Source: Catajapyx aquilonaris (taxonomy: Eukaryota). From it: a DNA stretch of 48,330 bases. Positions 37,566 to 48,330 of this stretch are shown in pieces (within the stretch, counting starts at the first letter, position 1; every line of letters starts with the position of its first letter). The stretch lies in assembly GCA_000934665.2 (NCBI GenBank), contig KZ538777.1, forward strand, positions 1 to 48,330, read 5' to 3'. Under the pieces are notes generated by a model. It ran no database searches. It had not been told where the DNA came from and worked only from the letters and a program-made list of their open reading frames with translations. The position numbers and the translations under genes are program-made.

Positions 37566-37770
37566 CAGGGTGATCCTCTCTGTCCAACCTGACGATCCGG
37601 ACGATGTGGTTCAAGTGATGGATTTGTCACTACTGGTTATGTGACGAAATACGCAAAGATGATGTGGAGATTTGTACGGAATTCGAATTTGGTTCAGGAG
37701 TGACAAATCCATCGCAACTCTTCCCGGTCCGCCATATTACGGATGGTCAACTTGGGCAGAGTACACCCTG
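37566..37770. mobile_element. Tc1/mariner-type MITE, 205 bp
   Basis: TA|CAGGGTG...CACCCTG|TA termini. Imperfect inverted repeats extend ~65 bp and include GATGGATTTGTCACT / AGTGACAAATCCATC. Confidence 0.75.
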
Positions 37771-38379
37771 TATATTGCGCCCCAGTTATTTCCAAGTAGC
37801 GACGCGACGTCGAGTGCCAGTTACTGTAGAGTGACACCGTAGGGTATAAGAGTGTGAAGTGAACAGGCACTGTACACTGCCGCATGAACCCTCGTTTATC
37901 CACCTACAACCCCCCGCTTGTTCCGAGTGTTGTATAAGACGAGAATAGAAACGGGCTTCGTGCAGGTAAATAAAGGATTTTCCGGTCGTTCTGTTTCAAT
38001 ACACCTAAAATTACTGGCATCAGCCGTTTTTTAAACCCCCCCCCCTCCCCCTTCTCCCCCTCCCGGTGATTTACTGGTTGTCGAGAATATGCGCAAATGT
38101 CAGTCCGGAACACGCCGGGAGGTCTCAAGGTGAAACTTTCCGCATTGTGGACAGTTTAACATCAAACAGTAACACATTCGTAAAACCAAGAAATGGGGGC
38201 ACCAAATACCTACAAAACCAGTGTATACCGATCACACTCAACCTGCAAAGTTAGGCTCAGATCAGTCCACCAATCTACCCTCTTTTTACTGTGAACCAGT
38301 TCATGTATATACTGTATGTATAGGTATAGTAATGATAGAGTGTGCGAGAAGTGGGTATGAGGGTTAGTGAAGAAGGGTG

Positions 38380-38700
38380 GCTCTGTTGCCGCATTGCAGC
38401 AGCAAACTGCGGCAAGAGGGAGCTGCATGGTTGGATTCGTTGCTGGGCGGGGACGAAGCGAGGGAGTCGGAGAGGGAGCGAGCCAGCCAGCGAGGGAGCA
38501 AGCGAACGATCCGCCGACTGAATGAATGGTCGGCCTCGGAAGCCCAGACGTACCCATCATACAGCCAGCGCCCTGGCTACCACCACCCGGATATCCACGC
38601 CAACAGGCTCAACTACGCTCTTGCTGTATGCCCCGCCATTTTACCACCCCCTCACCCGTCCTCGTCCCACCCAAAAACGGTCCTAAATAGGGATCAGGAG
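38380..38700 (-). promoter_or_regulatory. Candidate minus-strand core promoter / GC-rich regulatory block
   Basis: CpG-rich segment. Inr-like TCAGTC on the minus strand (38516-38521) is followed by a pyrimidine-rich leader. A CArG-type CCTAAATAGG lies at 38682-38691. No DPE or TATA match. Confidence 0.3.
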
Positions 38701-41700
38701 TCGAGGTTTCTACGCATTATTCCGCAGTTCTACGCAGTATTCGACCGAATGATTTCTGCTGGTAATATGGGACGGAAATGCGAGCAAAATTCAATAATCC
38801 GTTAAGGAAATGCAAATAAAATGTATTTGTGGTGGTGTCTTTAAGGTAAGGTTTAAAGTGCCATTCCAAAGCCACCTCCTTTTTAAAAAATTGAAACCGA
38901 ATTCAGTCGATTTATCATGGAATTGTTGGTTATAAGGCCCCACCCCCTAAGGTTTATTGCTGCAGTAGCTATTACTTTAGCGCGAAAGTGATTTAATATG
39001 CGCCCAAGGGCGAGCTGTCATTTGCAGGCATTTTTTATTTCGGATTTTTTCAAGGTATTCGTGGGAACAGGTTTTGCTTTACTTGTTGGGTGTGGTAATA
39101 TTGAACTTGTACATGCAGAACGATCATAATCACACTTAACGATAGGCCTACAGAGATAGGATACTTTGAAATTGGATGATTGCAGTGTCCTTTATGAGAT
39201 TCTATTTCTTCAAACATTTATCTAGTATACTGTATTCCTTGCAGACCAACGTGACCAGCAGAGAGTACGCTACTCATATGCAATCAAAATGTGACTGATC
39301 GTTTTGTATTTTGTTTTTCATTTTTATTATTAATTTGGTCTGACGATCAGTAGAAAACAAATATGCCTATACTACTACTACTACTGTACAAATGGCAAAG
39401 CACAAAAAGGTTATCATGCATGTTCAATTTCTACTCTCTGATATGTGTATATGAAGGAGTGTGCTCTTTCCTCCCGAATAATCTATATAAAAGACCACTT
39501 CTTTTCGAATAGACGCAATTTTATTAGGCTAACCGGTTTACCTTTGATACTGCTTTTTACCCATTTGTGACGGTTCAAAAGTCAAAACTTCAGGTAATAC
39601 TTTTTTCTGCATTATGGGAGGCTGGAAAGAAAGAACAACACCCAGTGCACTGGTTCCTGCGGTCATAATTACATAGAATAGTCCGTTAAGTTATATAACT
39701 AATTAAAAATGTCATGAAGTAGGCCTACAAAGGCAACAGTGGGAGTAGGCCTATATCCTAATTCTGATAACCTGATCATCTCACATCAGGATTCGATAAT
39801 CCAGACATTTCTAATCTCGCTCATTTGCATTCCTGAGCATCGACGACTATGTCGCGTCAGTTTTGATCTTCTGCTACATTGGTCGTCTTTTCGTTATCTT
39901 ACCATTCAGTCAGAGTTCATCAAAAATTAAGGAACAGTTCGCATTCATCTTGACATACTGTATTCCGTAACACTGACATTCGGCCTGTAGCAGTAACTCT
40001 ATTATAACATTATATATACCTATATACAGAGAAGCCTAGTCTGGCGAATAACAAGTTCTATTCTATTGTCAATATTCAATCCATCTATAGTTCGACTCGC
40101 ATGGAACCTACTATCAGAGAGTAATGCAGTAATCTTTTATTAATTCGTCGTCCACTGATAAGGTCTGCCAGTGACGTCACTACTTTGCTTTGCAAATAGT
40201 AAAATCTGGCTATGCAGCATGTTAGTGCGCAAAACTTTCATAGGATTCGTGAAGTATAACTAGTACTTTGCTCTTATTAGTTCTGTGTCAAATTATTTGT
40301 AAAGTTACTGCTTGAGAGTAGGCAAATTGAAGTGCTTCGCATGTATGCATTTCCTCCGCCTTTAAAAATTGCAATGGTAGCAACCTGCAATGCCATGCAA
40401 TCAATGGCAACAGTCGGAATAATTCATGCATAATTGCGCAATATCTCATGACCGGCTACAGTAGTCCTATACAGTATGTGCAGAATCGCATTATTACAGT
40501 GTACGGTATAGGGTATATGATCGGTTGGAGTTACATTGTGATTCTCGGGTATATTATTCCGTTCTGGGCATTTTACTCCCTAAATAAAAATGCCAACTAT
40601 ATTCATTGATATTGATTATTGTTTTCTTACCTGCTTCACCATTATCACGACTATACAGATGTTTGAAGGAATGGGGGATGAGGAGTCGAGTTTTGTAATG
40701 CCATCAATTTTTTTTTACTTTTGAGTTAATGATACAAACACCAAGTAAATGCAGAATCGATAATTTGTCTGATAATAATGTAGTCCAATTTTTAAAGAAT
40801 ACATGTCTTGGCTTTTAACTTATTTATCAGAAGGTGATCTACCTCATTTTTATATTATAGGAAAAAGATGAAATCTGTTTATTTCTTCCTCCGGGCTTGT
40901 CGCGAGTATTTTCGACACACTGACTGGGCAACATATTTAAGTTACGTGAAGTTTTACCAAATATTTATTTACACTAGGTTAAAGTAGGAAGGAGCGATTT
41001 GATTCATCAAATGAGCTCATAGGCCTACTGTCCCCGAAATAAACTCTCGAAAGACCAAATCCGAGAAAATTATGGACATAACACATTATTAGGTAAAATT
41101 CTAAATCTATATAGCCCTACAAATGTTGATAAATGTTGACATAATGAAGTGAGCATGATTGCAAGTTGTACGGACAGTTGGTAAACATCAAAATCCGTCA
41201 TCACTATTATCAAACCAGGATTGCTCTGAAGCGTATATTGATCAATTAACAAAAACAATGAATGCCATTTGTGTCTGATATAATTAGGAGCAATCACTAA
41301 TAAGGGTATCGGGTGCAATATTGTGCGCCTCGATTCCGCAACAGACCTTTGATTAGAATGATTGTTTTTAGCAATGCATGATTATAAAACAACCCCCCCC
41401 CCCCCCGCCTCCTGTCTCAAAATAATAATTCTATGCGCAGTATTTAAGGCGTTTCGGATTTCCTCCAGAAAAGTGTTACAATATGTTCAAAATGTCGAAT
41501 ATTATACTTTATAAATAGGGACAATGTAAGCATACAACTACAGCTGAAAAAAACAGTAGCTTGGGACACAAACATATTTTTGCGCTACTAAAGCGTACAG
41601 TTGCAGTTCCCCTCATCATTCTGGTATTTAGTGACTTGCCCACCCACTAAATTGCGGAACACAGTGCAACTGTACAACACATAGCCATCTGATGGCGCAA

Positions 41701-42803
41701 AGGATGAAAACTGCATAGTGCAACAGGTCTACTGGTGCACAACTGCACCAAATGGGTGATGCACATGTTGAAGCACGTGTCGGCAGACAGGGTGCCTAAC
41801 CACCTAGGGCAACTAAACGTCTGCAATGACGTCAGCATTTTCCATGCAGTTTCCTGCAGAAGCCTTGCAGAGGTCGTCCCAATCGACCGCGTACCGCGTG
41901 GTGGGGGTGCCACCAGTGCCTATTCCACTACCATCTACTATTCATTCTATTCCAGATATTTACCTTCAAGTCAGCCAGGACCACGTAGTCAGGCAGCGAT
42001 AGCAGTAGCAAGCAGCAGCCTCAAATGCCAGCAGACACAGTGCAGCGCAGAGACGGAACCCGGATTTTGTTTCGCAGCGGAACCGGGATGGGGTCGGGGG
42101 GGTCGAGGGGTGGGATCGATCAGGGGACCAAGCGCACTGCAGCTCTCTTCAGCAGGAGGGGGACATGGGGGTGAGAATACAGGTACTCGGTACAAGGGGC
42201 CTTGTAGTCTGCATCTGCAATGGCCGGGCACCTTGCCGCGCTTCCGCAGTATTAAAATGCGCTCGTTTGCATGTACAATGCCCACCTGTAGACTGCCGCA
42301 CAAACATGTTCAGTATGCAAGTTTTTCCAGCACCAGGCAAGGAAGCTTGAAAAATGGGGACTATACAGCTCAACAAGGGGGGAGGGAGGAGATGAGATGC
42401 ATATTGTCCTACAAGTCCTCTTATGTAGCACTTGCTTCACTTCAGCGGGTAGAAACACTTGCTCCAACGGTGGATTTCTTGCCTTCGATCCGCTGCAGTG
42501 CATGTGCACTCACACTTTGGACCAATACTAGCTGAATGAATCTGAATGGTTTCTTCTCAAGTGAGTGGGTATGGAGGGCAAGAGTCACAGTATGAGTGTA
42601 GGCGCACTGCAGAGGCAGGGGTGGTATTGCTGAAGGGGTGCTGAGAGCTTGAGACAGATGTGATTAACGTTGGGGCGAGAGCGTGTATGAATGGGCCATA
42701 AAGGGTAGGACGCAGGTTTCAGGTGCATTGCCGAGAATGTCCGCAAAATATGCCATATAACCAGTAGTATTTGCTTCACACTCTGCAATTTTTAACCAAA
42801 ATA

Positions 42804-43002
42804 CGAGGGTGGTTCAGTAAATAACCTTACCAGTTGATTTACAAATTTGTACTATACATTATGTGAACTATTCTTGCTGTAGGTGGTACGGCCATTCGTG
42901 TAGTAGGTATGGAGTGTTTCAGATCCACCATGTGACACTAGGTAGTCAAGTGACAGCTATTTGAAGTTGGCGGCCCCACTGGAGATGTGCACCAGAGAAG
43001 AG
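42804..43002 (+). mobile_element. Mariner 5' end: terminal repeat, leader and first ~12 transposase codons
   Basis: TA|CGAGGGTGGTTCAGTAAATAA is a mariner-type terminus. 42967-43002 translates (M>L)AAPLEMCTREE, resembling a mariner transposase N-terminus. Confidence 0.65.
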
Positions 43003-43003
43003 G

Positions 43004-43465
43004 AGTTGGATTTTGGGGAAGACGAGAGTCGCCATTCTTTGCTGGAATGTTTAGTTCTGGCTGGAAGTGATGCACCCAGCATTCATCGCCAGTCTCTATG
43101 CAACGCAAAAAGTCTTCTTCCTCCTCCTCGTAAAGTCTGAGAAGCGTTGCACACGCATCGACACGCGGTTCCTTCAATTCATGTGGCAATTGCCTGGGAA
43201 CCCATCTGGCCGACACTTTTGCTTATCTCAGGTGCTCGTGTATGATGACCTCAATTGACCCAACACTCCCACCATTCACACTGATGCGTTGGTCTTGACA
43301 AATAAGCACATCTGTGGCCGCTACAGTCTCGTCCGTGACATCAGTGTGCGGGCGACCAGATCGTCGGGTGTCCAGCAGACTTGTCAAAGCAACTCTAGCA
43401 AAACTAGCAAACTAGCGCTACTAGCAAACTAGCGCTACTAGCAAACTTTAGAGGCCCATTTAGTA
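43004..43465 (-). pseudogene. Mariner transposase fragment (HTH region to first catalytic Asp), disrupted
   Basis: Minus strand: KWASKF...TSLLDTRRSGRP...IIHEHLR*AKVSARWVPRQL...FLRCIETGDECWVHHFQPE/TKHSSKEWR...SSPK. It contains the WVPxxL linker and TGDE motifs, with an in-frame stop and frameshifts. Confidence 0.92.
43390..43447. repeat. Short tandem expansion (CTAGCAAA/CTAGCGCTA units) inside the mariner fragment
   Basis: CTAGCAAAACTAGCAAACTAGCGCTACTAGCAAACTAGCGCTACTAGCAAAC. Confidence 0.85.
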
Positions 43466-43604
43466 TATAAAACAATCTTCTAAAGTTAGATTTATATAAA
43501 AAGTGTATATGAGTAGGTATGCCATAATGTCATCAACCAAGTAAAGCAGAAATTTTCTCAGCTTCACGTCAGTGCTTCACACAGTTACTCTGCCCAAGTA
43601 GACT

Positions 43605-43833
43605 TTATAATTGATAGAGGAAGGTTGGCCCGGCATTACCTCTCAACCTCCAAGGATAGGGAAGGAAGGAAGCGGCTGTGGCCTATTATACGGAAGTGAC
43701 CCCGGAATTATCCTAGAAAGACCGTGGAAAACCACAGAAAACCACGGTTCAGGATCGTCGGCCCCGGGATTCGAAACCAGGACCTCCCGATTAGCAGTCG
43801 GACGCCTTATACACCATGCCAACCTGCTTCGGT
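43605..43833 (-). mobile_element. tRNA-derived SINE, copy 1
   Basis: 14-bp TSD TGCCCAAGTAGACT (43591-43604, 43834-43847). Minus-strand A-box-like TGGCATGGTG and B-box-like GTTTCGAATCC. Highly similar to 48019-48253. Confidence 0.92.
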
Positions 43834-46800
43834 TGCCCAAGTAGACTGTCAGAAGGGTGTAAATGGTGGAAAGTTGATGGAATAGTCACTCCCTACCAAT
43901 CGGCCATCTTGCATATTGTTCGATTGTTGGGGAATTGATTTTTTAAGGGTTTAATAAGACGAAAATAGTCAATTCCCTATACGTGTATGAATCGCGCAGG
44001 CAAGAGATAATTCACGTGAATAAAGGTAAAGAACTCTCCAACCATTTAAAAAGAAGTCCCTCGACAATGGAAGGCTACGCAAAATAGCCGCTAGAGAGAG
44101 TCACACCGCTAGAGATGATTAATCCACCATTAAATTTTCACCGTTGCCACACTCTCGACCGACAATTTAGGCAAAGTAACACCCTATATAGTCTACTGTA
44201 TTGTAGTAGCTGGATACAACAAAAATTAACAGAGTCCTCGTCTTCCGTCCTGTGCTGCCCTTGAACCAACCACTATCCTGTTGTACTGCAGTCGCAATTG
44301 TCACCTGCTGTCTCCCTTGACTATATAAAATCCTATGTCGGCCATACACGTGCTGTAGCCTACCTATAAGTGTTACGTAACATGATTTGCTGAGTCCTTG
44401 CTCATTTACTGAGCCAGGAAGTGCACCTTCACTGACAACTACAGCATAAATGGAGTGGAGAGGAAATGAAGAAAATGAGTAGGCCTACTACCTGCACTGC
44501 TGTTTTCCGACAGGAACATGAAAATGCCTTCTGGTTAATTGGGTTGCCTAAAAGCACAGCTCCGTCTGTTGTAACGTCATTAGCGGAACGTTAGTCAACA
44601 TGACTTTCAATAGAAACCAGTGCATGCTATTCTAAATGAGATCACGACCTGGTTCCGGTTATCATTACGCCCACAAGAGTATCGTATGGTCGATAGCACA
44701 AAATAATCGCATCCCGGAAGACACCAGATAATGTCAGCAGGTCGAGATTCTTCCACCTCTCTGGCCATACTGCGTCCTCTGGTAGCCCTGTAGTACCTTA
44801 GTGCGGTGCAAAGTGAAATCCTCATTCACACTGTTTTCTACTTTGTGAGCTGCAAGTTAGTAGACTGAGATCTAGGATGGTAGGAAAGAAGGAAGTCATC
44901 TCTTCTCGGTCCTAATGAAATGACCGGCTTGGTGTTAGACGTGGCCACTGGGAAATTTAGCCCCAGCCCCATATAGCCTGGCGCGCCCATAAAGTCCCGG
45001 CGGTTAAGCCGGAAAAGAGAGCCGATATATCAATTTGGCTTCCCAGCGTGGTCGACCTTCAATTGCCGCCTTTCACATATACACGCCGCAATCTCTTCTC
45101 ACTAAGGCCCAAAACCCGGCTCAGATTTATCTTCTAGCTCTCTGGGAAGATCTCAGCTTATGATCTGGCTGGTGGAGGTGATGCTGCTTGGAAGCCATCG
45201 GGACCGTACCACCTTCACTCACCTGTATACCAATTCATGACTTATTAGCAACAGTCGCAAATTCATTAGTGCTGTACATCGCCTGTGAAATGTTTCCAAG
45301 TTAACACCCCGAGGTATTCGAAGTGAAGCATACATCCTGTACAGTACGTACAGAGTGTCAGAAACTCTGGGGGTTGTTTCAGTATGGCGGTTACTTGATA
45401 TATTATAATACTAAAATGGTTTAATAGTACGGTACCGCAGCATTTGCTTGCATAAAATAAATACCATACACGTATATGTAATTTTGGTAGCAATTCTCTA
45501 AGTACAGTACTTATTTGGATACAAAGTGTGCTGGAGAATATCCTGCAGGGCACATTACCAGTCTGCCACTGTTACTAAACGGTTAGTGTGTCGGGCAGGA
45601 TATTTTCCAATCCTTACAGTTAGAGTCACGGTTAGAGTGGTAACAAAATCAAAAAATTAATTGCCGCCGCATGGCTTACAGCCAAATAGTATAGGCATGT
45701 ACTGGTACTGTAGGTCATAATAGGGCAGTAAGCTAGTGATGGTGTGATTTAGAAACCCGAATATGACACAAACTTTTTGACAGCCTGTCACATGGAAAAC
45801 GCACAAACTTGGCAAAACTGCAAATGGGTAGGAAAGTTATATAGAAATTCAGATATTTAGAAGTTTATATGGAGATACCCAACTTCACTCCTCCCTCCGC
45901 GTCGTATCAACTTTGAGAGTTCCATATTTATTATTGAACAAAAGCTACACCAAACTCTCCTCTCCTCCTGCTTGTAGTTTTCCATTCCCTGGTCTGGAAA
46001 CTGCACAACATATACAAACACTCCTCGACCGTGTGCGCAACTCTTCCAAGTTTCCAGTTGCCTCCGAAGCAATTGCGGATTGTGTACTTTCTATGCAAAA
46101 GGTGCATATCCTGTGCAAGAAGGAAACAAAATGAACCAAATTTTTGAACATTTCCATGACTACTTGTTTCCTCTCAAAAAACTCCCCAAAACGATTCGGC
46201 TCTTATCCTTTGGTGATACAGTCTAGTAAGGACATTCTGAACAGATGAGGCGATTTCTGATCGTCAGCCAAAAACGGGATTGAGACAGCGGCGGGCGGGT
46301 TTTAGTGGAAGCATTCGTCACTTGTGCACGAAATTGGCCTCCTCCTAGTTGTGAAAAGGCCACAGGCATGATGGACGTTTCCTACACAAAGAGAAGTCGA
46401 CGAAGGCGTCGGGGAAGAGGAGAAAAAATGGTGTGCCGCTATAGAACGGATGCACTCTACCTGATAACTTATTACCCTGAAAGCACTTGCATGACCCCGG
46501 TCGCACATTCTCCCATTTGACCGCCGCTTCTCGCTCTCACTCTAATCAGTCCAGTCTTGCCATCGATTACAACTTGTCATCCATTTCTTGGCCATCCATT
46601 CCGGGATGGTCTTTTTGCGCTCGTGTGTATGAGGCGATTCACACTATTCGCGTTTGCATTTTGCAGTCTATTTTCCAAGGCGCTGCTGCGCTTGTTTAGT
46701 TAATCAGTTTTTGAAGGCGTGCTGGGAGATGCTGATTCTAAAGAGATGGTTGTATGAACGCAAATGAGGGAAAATCTCTGATTAAGTATTCATATTCAGA

Positions 46801-47039
46801 CATAATCCGAGATTTTATCCTTTATTGCTTGGCCTTATAGAAAATCTCACGTTATAATAATATGTATAGGTGTAGTACTCTGTTGTGCAAGGGTGAATGG
46901 GTTATAATTATTATATGTGATTGTAAGAACATTACTGTGGCAGTAGCTGCTGAGTATGTCACGGAAAGTGTAAGTTATGGTAAGGTTTAGACAGGAAGAG
47001 TGAGTCACAGGACACTGAATACCTAGAGTGACTTTAAGG

Positions 47040-47545
47040 CGGGTATACGAATTTTATTGATTTGTCAAGATTCCCTGTGATTTTCATGGGACTATGGGAG
47101 ATTAACTCTCTAAAAGTACGAGATTCTAAAGTCATGAGTCGAGTGTTGAACCCTCTCCGGGTTGTGTCTGGTGTGTCCAAGTTAAATAATAATAATAATG
47201 CTTATAGGAATGAGAGCTTGCAGAGATGTGGTGTCAGCGAGGATAAGGAGTGCAGGATGGTTCCGTCTTTCTAAGAGGATTAAGGATGAGGAAATAATTG
47301 TGAAGAAGGTTTACCCTGATGTAATAAGGTAAGCAAAGGGGTAATCACTCTACTGAAAAGTGTACACTGGAGTACCAAATTCAAGGAGTACCAAGGAGTA
47401 TCAAAGAGTAAGGTAGTGTACCCAAGGAGTACATGGGAGTACCACTCGCATGTGTACACCGGAGCACCGAAGTGGTTACCCCATTGAAAGTAATATTGGT
47501 AAGGGACGGAGTAGACACCTAGAAAAACATGACTGGACCATGTGA
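47040..47545 (+). mobile_element. Decayed RTE-clade LINE ORF 3' end
   Basis: Fragments LRVVSGVSKL...YRNESLQRCGV, GWFRLSKRIKDEEIIVKKVY and RPRKT*LDHV match the RTE C-terminal pattern (LRxIxGVT...RNExIR...WFGHxxR...KKVY...GRPRKxW). Confidence 0.6.
47334..47486. mobile_element. 153-bp MITE (hAT- or P-like) inserted in the RTE relic
   Basis: TIRs CAAAGGGGTAATCACT / AGTGGTTACCCCATTG (14/16 match), a degenerate 8-bp TSD AAGGTAAG / AAAGTAAT, and internal GGAGTAC(C) repeats. Confidence 0.6.
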
Positions 47546-48018
47546 ATCTCTTTAAAAGTGTAATAAGGGTGTGCCTGTGCCCTATACTATGCTAAAGCTT
47601 CGTCTTTGCGTAGAGGACCATGGACAAGGCATATAGGCTAAGGTTATGTGCTTGGGTAGGTGTAATTGGAGTAAGTTATTTAAGGGTGGTGATCAGTAAT
47701 TTCTGAGAATGTCCTTTCATTTTGCTTAAAAATAATGTGCCTTACCCAGTATATTTACGTCTTTGATGATAGGCTAATTTCAAGTCTAGGTTGTGGTTTT
47801 TCGAAGTCCACTGGATGTTTGTAAGTTTTACCTTGCGTCATTTGGTTCATCAGTGACTATTCCTTTTATAGGCCGGAAATGTTGTGATGGGTTGTTTGTT
47901 TTGTTTGTTCCATAAACGCAGCAGGACGGTGTTCTTTTAAAGTTACTACAATTGCGGCTCCTAACTGGAAATTGAACTTTTGTTTGAGATAATAAATTAG
48001 CTCTGGTAACGTCATGCC

Positions 48019-48253
48019 ACCGAAGCAGGGTGGCATGGTGGATAAGGCGTCCGACTGCTAATCGGGAGGTCCTGGGTTCGAATCCCGGGGCCGACGATCC
48101 TGACCGTGGTTTTCTGTGGTTTTCCACGGTCTTTCTAGGATAATTCTGGGGTCGATTCCGTATAATAGGCCACAGCCGCTTCCTTCCTTCCCTATCCTTG
48201 GAGGTTTAAAGGCAATGCTGGGCCAACCTCCCTAATATCAATTACTGTATAAA
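48019..48253 (+). mobile_element. tRNA-derived SINE, copy 2
   Basis: 13-bp TSD GTAACGTCATGCC (48006-48018, 48254-48266). A box TGGCATGGTGG, B box GGTTCGAATCC and an anticodon-like arm CCGA-CTGCTAA-TCGG. The body CCTGACCGTGGTTTTCTGTGGTTTTCC resembles a conserved invertebrate SINE core. Confidence 0.92.
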
Positions 48254-48330
48254 GTAACGTCATGCCTGCAGTCTAATCCGTGTTTCGATATGGGAGAAGA
48301 GACAAGTACTCGAATTTTCTAGGCCAGGGT

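Noticed and set aside
41735..42535. 266-aa ORF, the longest in the window
   Set aside because: No ATG at the annotated start, no recognisable domain or motif, and composition typical of translated non-coding DNA.
45223..45282. Minus-strand 60-nt segment between CACAG and GTGAGT
   Set aside because: Two frames contain stops, the third gives an unrecognisable peptide, and there is no supporting neighbouring exon. Such matches are expected by chance.
45900..46120. Minus-strand peptide ending GEFGVAFV, reminiscent of a LINE APE endonuclease
   Set aside because: A single short motif, with the other endonuclease motifs not identifiable.
48019..48095. tRNA-Ser(GCT)-like sequence
   Set aside because: No proper acceptor stem or long variable arm, and it is embedded in a TSD-flanked repeat, so it is a SINE head rather than a tRNA gene.
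3130..48280. Frequent TAATCC/GGATTA (K50 homeodomain) words
   Set aside because: The manual count is about what chance predicts for a hexamer in 48 kb.

Overview
Eukaryotic (invertebrate, probably arthropod) non-coding genomic DNA. I find no recognisable host protein-coding gene, rRNA, functional tRNA or CRISPR array, and almost all listed ORFs look spurious. The window is a mosaic of transposon relics and unique, possibly regulatory, sequence. Main elements: (1) a 5'-truncated, frameshifted RNase H-bearing non-LTR retrotransposon (3152-6286) bounded by a 13-bp target-site duplication (TSD), with two nested inverted-repeat elements in its 3' UTR; (2) two copies of a tRNA-derived SINE, each with a clean TSD; (3) an internally inverted mariner relic; (4) RTE-like LINE relics; (5) several MITEs, near-spacerless palindromes and microsatellites. 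The most interesting signal is a dense record of apparent DNA-transposon excision footprints (TACAGTA/TACTGTA, TAGGCCTA, TACCGGTA, plus one TSD-flanked 12-bp palindrome). One footprint shows directly as a 5-bp difference between the two SINE copies. Weak candidates for a minus-strand promoter and small exons lie at 36.6-38.7 kb. I cannot support a claim of a new biological system from this sequence alone.
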